Assembly (NCBI GenBank): GCA_964344435.1
Contig: CAYFNH010000001.1
Coordinates: 5,303-69,302 of the forward strand
Direction of reading: 5' to 3'
DNA from: an uncultured Piscirickettsiaceae bacterium
Lineage (GTDB): Bacteria; Pseudomonadota; Gammaproteobacteria; GCF-002020875
Length of the DNA stretch: 64,000 nucleotides
Positions 30,175 through 43,672 of this stretch are shown here, piece after piece. How positions within the stretch are numbered: position 1 is the first letter of the stretch; each line of letters starts with the position of its first letter. Made by a program: the position numbers and the translations under genes. The notes beneath the pieces are model-generated. The model searched no databases and was not told the origin of the DNA. It was given only the letters and a program-made list of their open reading frames with translations.

Positions 30175-33100
30175 CCAGCTGCTCCAGCTTCTCTGCGGCC
30201 TGTTCAAACTGCATCCCGAACACCGCCTCGGTCACTGCCTCGAACTGTGCTCTGACCTCATCCCCCTGCGTTGCCAGCAACTGCTCCAGCAGATCCTCTG
30301 CGGCAAAGTCATGGTTGTGGAGGGCCTCCATCAATTGGTGATAGAGCGCCTGCTCCGCCGCATCCTCAAGACACAAAGCGCCTTCAGCTGCCGCTGTTTG
30401 TGGAGCGGCTGCGACAACCCCCAGCTCCTCGGCCACTTTTCGAGTCTGCTGCTGTAGGCGCCCACAGGCTGCCTCCACCTGATCAAACAGCGTCTCCTCA
30501 ACCTCATCCTCCCCCTTGAGCTGTTCGGAGAGGTCTTCAGACAGGGCAAAGAGCTCCTCTGCAGCCAGATTACCGCTGGCCCCCTTGAGGTTGTGAATCA
30601 GTGACTGCGCCTGATCACGCTCCCCCTGCTGATAACACTGCTTTGCCTCCTGCACGTCGGTAACCGACTGTTGATTGAGGCGATCGAGTAGCTGAAACAG
30701 CCCTTTCCGGTCTTGCTGCATGCGCGCCAGCGCCTTCTCCAGATTCAGAATCGCCAATGGCTGCTCTGCATCAGTCTGCTTCTGACCGTCTTCTGCTCCA
30801 CCACTGGCGGGTACTACCGGCCTGGCATCTTCCTGCGACAAACCACACCAACGGGCCACCGTGGTGAAAAGCTTCTCGGTATCGATCGGCTTGGCGAGAT
30901 GATCATCCATCCCGGCCTGCAGACAGACCTCACGATCCTCATTGCGTGCATTGGCGGTCATTGCGATCACCGGTACACTGCTCCACTCTGCATTCTCTCG
31001 AATCTTCTGCGTTGCCTGCACCCCGTCCATCACCGGCATCTGCATATCCATCAACACGGCATCGATATTGGTGCCATAACGCTCCATCCACTCCAGCGCC
31101 TCGCCACCATGGTTGGCCAGCATCACCATCGCACCAGCCCCCTCCAGCATCTTGCAGGCTACCTCCTGGTTGATCTCATTATCCTCCACCAGCAGCAGTT
31201 TGAGCCCGTCCAGCCGTATTTCGGAACCAAGCACATCCCGGTGGCCGCTACCCTCGGATGGCTGAATAAAGCGGATCAGGGTATCGAACAGGTTCGATGG
31301 GGTGATCGGTTTGGTCAACAGGGCATCAACAAAGTTGGCCTCTGCCTTGTGCTCGGTCAACAACTGCTGGCCATAGGCGGTCTCCATGATAATCACCGGT
31401 GGGTGCTGATTGCCCTGCTTGATCTGCATCGATGCCGCCAACCCATCGATACCCGGCAGGCGCCAATCCATCAGGATGAAGTCAAACGGCTCGCCCACCT
31501 CGTCCATCTTCAGCGCCAGACTCACTGCACGCTCACCATCATAGGCCAGCATGGTCTGGCAACCAAAGCTGGAGAGAATGTGGTCAAGCACCCGTACCGC
31601 CTCCTGACTATCATCCACAATCAGTATCCGCAGCTTCTCGAACGAGGCGCTGTCATAGGCACGATAGTCGATCTCCCGGTCGCTCAATGCAAACGGCAAC
31701 TCGACAATAAACTCGGTGCCCTCTCCCAACTGACTCTCCACCCGCAGGGTACCGCTCATCAGCTGAATGAGCTGCTGCACGATGGTCAACCCCAGCCCGG
31801 TTCCCCCATAGCGGCGGGTGATCGAGTTGTCCGCCTGCTCAAAGGGTTGGAAAACCTTGTCCACCGCCTCCTCACTCATCCCCACACCGGTATCCTTCAC
31901 CCGAAAGATCAACTGTGGCGCCTGCTCCGTCCCCGGCACCAGCCGCACACTGAGGGTAATCAGCCCGCGATCGGTAAACTTGATCGCATTGCTCATCAGG
32001 TTGGAGAGGATCTGGTTGAGACGCAGGCTATCCCCCACCAGATTCACCGGCACATTGTCACTGCGTTCGACCAGTAGTTCGATATCCTTGTCCTTGGCCA
32101 TTACCGAGCTGACATTGACCAGATTATCGATCACCGCCTCCAGCTGAAATGGTACCTGCTCTATCCCCAGCTTCCCTGCCTGAATCTTGGAGTAGTCGAG
32201 AATGTCATTGATGATCCCGAGCAGCGAGTTGGCTGCGGCATCGATCTTCTTGAGCTGAATCCGGTGTCTGGAGGCGAGCTCATCCTCCTGCAACAGCAGA
32301 TAGACCAGACCGGTAATCGCATTCATCGGGGTACGAATCTCGTGGCTCATATTGGCCAGAAACTCATCCTTCGCCTTGCTCGCCTGTATCAACTCATGGG
32401 TGCGGATCGCCACCTCCTTTTCCAGCGCCTGATTACGCTCGATCAAGATACGGTTGATCTGCTCATTGAACAGTGAGGCAACCAGACCAAGACCAATAAT
32501 CAGTAGTGCGATCAAGGTGATCTCTACACCGATATCGAGATTGTGCAGTTCAACATTGAACAGTCCGGTGGAGACACCGCAAACACCGCCGCTGTAGAAC
32601 TCGGCTGCCGCCATCCCGGTGTAGTGCATTCCGGCTACAGCAACCCCCATCACCATCGCCACCAGCAGGCGGGGGATAAAGGCACGTCTCACCTTGATCA
32701 TCGGCACATAGTAGAGCAGCAGCAGTGCCACCAGAGAGACGCTCACCGCAATCACCACCGACAAGATCCACAGACCCGGGGTGTAACGCAGCATCGCTGG
32801 TGCCAACAGGGCCGCCATTCCGGTGTAGTGCATGGTGGCAACACCAGCTCCCATCAACAACGCCCCGGCAACTACCCGTCCCCAGCGCAGCTCCTTGAAG
32901 CGGATCTGGCGCAGCGCCAATGCCGAAACCGAGACAGCGGCCACGAAGGAGAACAGGGTCATCCCCAAGTCATAATGGATCTCTACAGGAATAGAGAAGG
33001 CGAGCATGGCCACAAAGTGCATCACGAAGATGCCTCCCCCCAGGGTCACCGAGGCCCCCATCCACCAGTAGCGGGCAGAGTCGCGCTGCTGCTGGTAACC

Positions 33101-33262
33101 ATTGCGCATGTGGGTGATTAGGCTCAGGGTGGTGTAGGCGGCAAATACCGCAACCAGATAGGAGAGCAACACCAGCAGCGGATCATAACTGGCCTGCAGC
33201 AGTTCACCACCAACCCGCTCCAGCAGAAAATATCCCTGCATCAACTCATGGAAAGCCGTCAT
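30158..33262 (-). CDS. MHYT-domain hybrid sensor histidine kinase (MHYT 7TM, HisKA, HATPase, REC, REC, HPt)
   Basis: The N-terminal membrane domain carries three motifs: MHFVAML, MHYTGMAALL and MHYTGMAAAEF. H-box FLANMSHEIRTPMNAITG; G-boxes DTGVGM and GGTGLGL. Two receivers (FILMDWRLPGIDG; VLMDMQMPVMDG) and a C-terminal HPt (HNLKGASGNLAA). Confidence 0.88.
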   Translation of the reverse strand: MTAFHELMQGYFLLERVGGELLQASYDPLLVLLSYLVAVFAAYTTLSLITHMRNGYQQQRDSARYWWMGASVTLGGGIFVMHFVAMLAFSIPVEIHYDLGMTLFSFVAAVSVSALALRQIRFKELRWGRVVAGALLMGAGVATMHYTGMAALLAPAMLRYTPGLWILSVVIAVSVSLVALLLLYYVPMIKVRRAFIPRLLVAMVMGVAVAGMHYTGMAAAEFYSGGVCGVSTGLFNVELHNLDIGVEITLIALLIIGLGLVASLFNEQINRILIERNQALEKEVAIRTHELIQASKAKDEFLANMSHEIRTPMNAITGLVYLLLQEDELASRHRIQLKKIDAAANSLLGIINDILDYSKIQAGKLGIEQVPFQLEAVIDNLVNVSSVMAKDKDIELLVERSDNVPVNLVGDSLRLNQILSNLMSNAIKFTDRGLITLSVRLVPGTEQAPQLIFRVKDTGVGMSEEAVDKVFQPFEQADNSITRRYGGTGLGLTIVQQLIQLMSGTLRVESQLGEGTEFIVELPFALSDREIDYRAYDSASFEKLRILIVDDSQEAVRVLDHILSSFGCQTMLAYDGERAVSLALKMDEVGEPFDFILMDWRLPGIDGLAASMQIKQGNQHPPVIIMETAYGQQLLTEHKAEANFVDALLTKPITPSNLFDTLIRFIQPSEGSGHRDVLGSEIRLDGLKLLLVEDNEINQEVACKMLEGAGAMVMLANHGGEALEWMERYGTNIDAVLMDMQMPVMDGVQATQKIRENAEWSSVPVIAMTANARNEDREVCLQAGMDDHLAKPIDTEKLFTTVARWCGLSQEDARPVVPASGGAEDGQKQTDAEQPLAILNLEKALARMQQDRKGLFQLLDRLNQQSVTDVQEAKQCYQQGERDQAQSLIHNLKGASGNLAAEELFALSEDLSEQLKGEDEVEETLFDQVEAACGRLQQQTRKVAEELGVVAAAPQTAAAEGALCLEDAAEQALYHQLMEALHNHDFAAEDLLEQLLATQGDEVRAQFEAVTEAVFGMQFEQAAEKLEQLVTLGG

Positions 33263-33446
33263 GATCCATTTACCCCAGCGTATGATTTATAAAATGAGTG
33301 CCATTATGCACAATAACCCTCTACGCTTCATGCCCAATGTTCTCCATGATACTGAGCATGATTGCCCCCAAAAGGGCCCTGACATATACTATGCGGCCCT
33401 TTTTTGAACGGATGAACAGCTCCCTTCACGGAATAGTCAACGAATC

Positions 33447-39355
<5,909 letters not shown>

Positions 39356-39398
39356 TTACTTCCACACCCCTCGAACCCGTTCCTGCTAGAATCTTCCC

Positions 39399-40179
39399 AT
39401 GGATATCGCCTCACTGATTGGTGTCATCTCCGGGCTGGGAATGGTGTTCGGGGCGATTGTCTACGAAGGCAATCTCGACCAGTTCGTCAGTGGACCGGGT
39501 CTGATGATTGTATTTGGCGGTACCATCTCCGCAACCCTGCTCAACTTCCAGCTCAAGGATGTGATTATCGGCATGCGCGCTGTTCACCGGGTATTCACCT
39601 CCAGTCGGGAAAATCCCAATGATGTGCTGTCGCAGATGCTGATTCTGAGCCGTACCGCCCAGGTCAAGGGACCAACCGCACTGGAGAAGCTGATCCAGAA
39701 AGAGGACTCCTGGTTTCAGCGCAAGGCGATTGAGCTCACTGCTGACAACTCGGATGAGTCGGTGATCCGCTCTGCACTACGTTCCGAAATCAGTTCGGTA
39801 AAGCTGCGCAACATGATCACCGAGGATATCTTTCGCAAGATGGCCACCTATGCCCCCCGCCTTCGGCATGATTGGAACCCTGATCGGTCTGATCCAGATG
39901 CTGGCCGCAATGGATGACCCCTCCCAGGTGGGGCCGGCGATGGCAACCGCCCTGACCACCACCTTTTATGGCTCACTGCTCTCCACGGTACTGTTCAACC
40001 CGATTGCCGGGAAGCTGCGCGCCAAGACCATTGAGTCGATCACCAACCTCGAGATCATCTACCTCACTGCGGTCAGCATCAAGCACGGAGAGCACCCGAT
40101 CGCCCTCTACGAACAGGCAGTGGCACTGATCCCATTGGGCCAGCGCCGCCCCTTCGAGATGCCCGAGGTGGGTGCGTAG
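39399..40179 (+). pseudogene. MotA/PomA-family stator protein, split by a +1 frameshift in a C6 homopolymer
   Basis: ORF 39399..39917 (MDIASLIGVISGLGMVFGAIV...KMATYAP) and ORF 39850..40179 (PAFGMIGTLIGLIQMLAAMDDPSQVGPAMATALTTTFYG...) are the N- and C-halves of one MotA/PomA-like protein. Removing one C from CCCCCC at 39853-39858 restores ...ATYAPAFGMIGTLIG.... Confidence 0.65.
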
Positions 40180-40191
40180 CACTGCTACAAC

Positions 40192-40998
40192 ATGGCGGAC
40201 AAGAACACGAGCAGCTCGCTACTCACTCCCCAACAGGACGAGCACGACGACCTGCTCTCCATCCTGACCGCCGAGGAGGGGGATCAGGAGAGTGCAGCCG
40301 GCAGCTGGATTCTCACCTATTCAGACTTGATCACGGTACTGCTGGTACTGTTCGTGATGCTGCAGACCCTCTCTGACTTCAATCTGAAAAAGTTCAATGC
40401 CCTCTTCTACGGCCACTTTGCCACGCCGGAGAAGCTTGCACGGCGTGTCGAGGTTCCGATGATGGAGTCGGTGGCGCTGGATGATTATAAAAATTACAAG
40501 AGTGATACGGTCTACACCAGTTTCACCCGTTTTCGGGATGAACAGCGTGAGGTAGCCGAGTTGCACAAGAAGATCCTGCTAGGGATCAAGGAGAACCAAC
40601 TCAAATACTATGTTACCGCCGAAATCGACCCGGATCGAACCCATGTCATGATCCGCATCCGCAGTGGTCTGCTGTTCAAATCGGGCTCTGCAGCGCTCTC
40701 CACGGGCGCCTACGATATCATCAACCGCATCATCAAGGTGATGCAGCCCCATACCGAATACAGTATCAATATCCGCGGACATACCGACAATATTCCAATC
40801 CAGACCCGGCAATTCCCCTCCAACTGGGAGCTCTCCTCAATCCGCGCCACCAATCTGTTGCGTTACATGCTGGAGCGTGGGGTCGATCCGATGCGACTGA
40901 CCGCCACCGGATACGGGGACCTGCTTCCAGTCGCCAGCAATGACAACAAACTCGACCGGGCCAAGAACCGTCGAGTCGAGTTCCTGTTGAAGAAATAA
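40192..40998 (+). CDS. MotB/PomB-family stator protein (OmpA-like peptidoglycan-binding C-terminal domain)
   Basis: SWILTYSDLITVLLVLFVML carries the conserved Asp (channel plug/TM region). The C-terminal OmpA-like domain reads GHTDNIP...RRVEF. Confidence 0.8.
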   Translation: MADKNTSSSLLTPQQDEHDDLLSILTAEEGDQESAAGSWILTYSDLITVLLVLFVMLQTLSDFNLKKFNALFYGHFATPEKLARRVEVPMMESVALDDYKNYKSDTVYTSFTRFRDEQREVAELHKKILLGIKENQLKYYVTAEIDPDRTHVMIRIRSGLLFKSGSAALSTGAYDIINRIIKVMQPHTEYSINIRGHTDNIPIQTRQFPSNWELSSIRATNLLRYMLERGVDPMRLTATGYGDLLPVASNDNKLDRAKNRRVEFLLKK

Positions 40999-41023
40999 CG
41001 CTTGCCCCCTACCATAACAGGGT

Positions 41024-41575
41024 ATGAAGTTTGTTGTACCACTGTTGCTCCTCCTCGCTCTACCCTTCTCCCACGTATCCGCCAATACGCTGGGCGAGGC
41101 GCTGGCAGCGGTCAAGTCCCTGCAGGATCTGGATCAGGCCAGCCATGTCGTTGCACGCTTCAGTGATACTCTGGAAGAGTGGGAGCAGGCCATTGTCTAC
41201 ACCTCACTGGGGTGGAAGCTCAACGCTGAGGAACGCTACAGGCAGGCCGAGAAGGCGTTCCGCAGAGGGCGCAAGCTCAGCGGAAAGCACTACGAGGTGA
41301 TCGGCATCGCCATTGCCCAGTTCAACCAGAAAAAATACAAGCGCTCCCTGAAGACCATTCAGAGCATGCTGAAACGGGACGAGAAGCACCCGGTTCCCAA
41401 GTCCTACAAGGAGTCTGCCAACTATATTCTGGGTATCAACTATCAGGAGCTCAACAAGCTCCGTCTCGCCTGCATCCACTGGGATCGCGCCTATCGCCTC
41501 ACGATTCGCAAGAGTGATCTCGACTCCCACGGCATGAAGTCATACAAACTGATTCAGCAGCACTGCAAATCGTAG
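41024..41575 (+). CDS. secreted hypothetical protein, helical-repeat (TPR/Sel1-like?)
   Basis: Signal peptide MKFVVPLLLLLALPFSHVSA and a Lys-rich helical protein of 183 aa. It lies directly downstream of the motAB-like pair. Confidence 0.5.
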   Translation: MKFVVPLLLLLALPFSHVSANTLGEALAAVKSLQDLDQASHVVARFSDTLEEWEQAIVYTSLGWKLNAEERYRQAEKAFRRGRKLSGKHYEVIGIAIAQFNQKKYKRSLKTIQSMLKRDEKHPVPKSYKESANYILGINYQELNKLRLACIHWDRAYRLTIRKSDLDSHGMKSYKLIQQHCKS

Positions 41576-41589
41576 TGGCGCAACTGGGC

Positions 41590-41913
41590 TCAGCGCGAAC
41601 TCTCGCGGATCGCCTTGAGATGATCTTTCATCTGTTTGCTGTTATCTTCATCGTAGATTGCATCCAGCAAGTTCTGCTTTGGATCCACCTTTTTGCCGGT
41701 AAGCTTACCCTGCCCCGGTTTTCCCTCGCCTTGGGATCTTCCTTCAGAGGTAACCTCCACAGTGGTCTCCAGTTGTGCCGGGGATTCCTCAGCGGATTGT
41801 GAAGTTTTTGGCTCCGGAGCAACTGCCACCTTGAGAAGATAGAGTCCCAAAAACAGCAGCAGGGAAACCCCCAGCGCAATGAGCAGCCCCTTCATCTCTC
41901 GAACGATTCTCAT
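41590..41913 (-). CDS. small membrane-anchored hypothetical protein
   Basis: A single N-terminal TM segment (LLIALGVSLLLFLGLYLL) is followed by a low-complexity hydrophilic tail. It converges on the 41024 gene. Confidence 0.4.
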   Translation of the reverse strand: MRIVREMKGLLIALGVSLLLFLGLYLLKVAVAPEPKTSQSAEESPAQLETTVEVTSEGRSQGEGKPGQGKLTGKKVDPKQNLLDAIYDEDNSKQMKDHLKAIRESSR

Positions 41914-42020
41914 CGAAGTTCTCCACCGTACCTGCTTGTTATCTCAAAATACTGTAGCACAAAAACCGGAAAAACCCAGAGTAACTACTCACCTCGTTTC
42001 ACCGGGCAAGCATCAATGAC

Positions 42021-42068
42021 TTCAAAAGTATTGGCACTCCTGATCTTGATCAATCCGGGATCGGAGTG
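42021..42068. repeat. truncated copy (one end only) of the subtype-2 repeat element, overlapping the purK 3' end
   Basis: AAAAGTATTGGCACTCCTGATCTTGATC resembles the copy C end AAAAGTGATGGCAGTCCTGATCTGCGGCC. It forms a hairpin, CACTCCTGATC...GATCGGAGTG, and no core is present. Confidence 0.5.
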
Positions 42069-43093
42069 TTGGAACAGTAGGTAACGTGCCCCACTTTTCT
42101 ACCTGCACGGGGGGCCTTGTTATAGTCGTGCAGATGGGCACTCGGATTGGAGAGTACCTGTGAGGCTTCAGGCACACCGCCGATAAAGTTGACCATCCGG
42201 GCATACCCAACCGCTGCGGTTCCTCCCAGGGGCAGACCAGCAATGGCCCGCAGATGGTTTTCGAACTGGCTGCTCTCTGCCCCCTCAATACTCCAGTGGC
42301 CGGAGTTGTGTACCCGGGGGGCCATCTCGTTGACCAGCAATCCAGCATCGGTATCGAACAGCTCCAACGCCATCACCCCAACATAGTCGAGCCTCTCCAG
42401 AAGCCGTTTGGCCAGCGCCTCTGCCAGCGGCTGCCTGGGGTCGTTGGGCAGACTCTTCGCGGTATCGAGAATCCCTTCGTGGTGGTGATTCTCGGAGAGT
42501 GGGTAGTAACGAATCTCACCACTACGGCTACGTACGCTGATAATGGAGATCTCGCGCTGAAAGTTGGCAAATCCCTCCAGGATCAGCGGCACACCACCAA
42601 GCTGCTGCCATGCACTGGCCAGGTCGGCCTCGGTGTGCAACAGCTGCTGCCCCTTGCCATCATAGCCGAGGGTGCGGGTCTTGAGGATTGCAGGCAAACC
42701 AATGCTCTCTACCGCCTGCTGCAGCTCTTCCAGGCTGTCCACCGCCGCGAACGGGACGGTCGCAATCTCCAGCTCGTTACACAGGCTCTTTTCATGGATT
42801 CGATCACGTGCAGTGGCCAGCGCCTGTTGTGAAGGAAACACATCGACCTGTTGAGACAGAGTGGCAATGGCAGTGGCCGGTACATTCTCGAATTCGTAGG
42901 TGACCACGTCAGCCTTCGCGGCCATTTCCCGTAACAGGGCCTCATCATCATAGTCCCCCTGGAGGTGCTCACCCAACGGGGCTGCACAGGCATCTACGGC
43001 AGGATCAAGAAAAATGAAGCGCATCCCCAGCGGGATACCGGCCAGTGCCATCATCCTCGCCAGTTGCCCACCACCCACGATGCCGATGACCAT
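42050..43093 (-). CDS. purK: N5-carboxyaminoimidazole ribonucleotide synthase
   Basis: MVIGIVGGGQLARMMALAG... ATP-grasp fold, next to purE. Confidence 0.92.
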   Translation of the reverse strand: MVIGIVGGGQLARMMALAGIPLGMRFIFLDPAVDACAAPLGEHLQGDYDDEALLREMAAKADVVTYEFENVPATAIATLSQQVDVFPSQQALATARDRIHEKSLCNELEIATVPFAAVDSLEELQQAVESIGLPAILKTRTLGYDGKGQQLLHTEADLASAWQQLGGVPLILEGFANFQREISIISVRSRSGEIRYYPLSENHHHEGILDTAKSLPNDPRQPLAEALAKRLLERLDYVGVMALELFDTDAGLLVNEMAPRVHNSGHWSIEGAESSQFENHLRAIAGLPLGGTAAVGYARMVNFIGGVPEASQVLSNPSAHLHDYNKAPRAGRKVGHVTYCSNTPIPD

Positions 43094-43095
43094 TA

Positions 43096-43626
43096 CTACC
43101 CCCCTGCCTGCTCTCTTGTCTGCTCTCTTGGATCCGGGTTAGCAAGAACCGTTTCGGTCTGTTTTCTACGAAATTGATCCAGTGCCTGTCGCACGCTTTC
43201 ATCATGGTTACCGACAATGCTGGCCGCCAGCAGTGCCGCATTGATGGCTCCGGCACGACCGATCGCCAGGGTACCGACCGGAATGCCTGCCGGCATCTGC
43301 ACGATGGAGAGCAGAGAGTCCATACCATTCAACGCCTTTGACTGCACCGGAATGCCCAGCACCGGTACGGCGGTCTTTGCGGCCACCATACCAGGCAGGT
43401 GGGCTGCCCCTCCGGCACCGGCGATGATCACCTCCAGCCCGCGCTCGGCTGCACTCTCTGCATAGGAGAAAAGTTTATCCGGGGTACGATGGGCAGAGAC
43501 CACCTCTACCTCATGCGCCACCCCCAGGCTCTCCAGAGTATCGGCGGCATGTTGCATGGTCTCCCAATCGGAAGTGGAGCCCATGATGACCCCCACTTTT
43601 GCCGGGCCTTTGCTTGCTGTATTCAT
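43096..43626 (-). CDS. purE: N5-carboxyaminoimidazole ribonucleotide mutase
   Basis: [43 protein letters not shown] is the classic PurE sequence. Confidence 0.95.
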   Translation of the reverse strand: MNTASKGPAKVGVIMGSTSDWETMQHAADTLESLGVAHEVEVVSAHRTPDKLFSYAESAAERGLEVIIAGAGGAAHLPGMVAAKTAVPVLGIPVQSKALNGMDSLLSIVQMPAGIPVGTLAIGRAGAINAALLAASIVGNHDESVRQALDQFRRKQTETVLANPDPREQTREQAGG

Positions 43627-43672
43627 TTGCTTTACCTCGGGATTCGGGTATGGCTATCGCCAAAACTCCGCT

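Noticed and set aside
30713-32077. 454-aa + ORF
   Set aside because: It is antisense to the MHYT hybrid kinase, which has strong domain motifs. It is spurious.
41024-41575. Horizontal-transfer island call for the Lys-rich secreted protein
   Set aside because: GC is only mildly lower (~55%). There are no flanking mobility genes and no flanking repeats.
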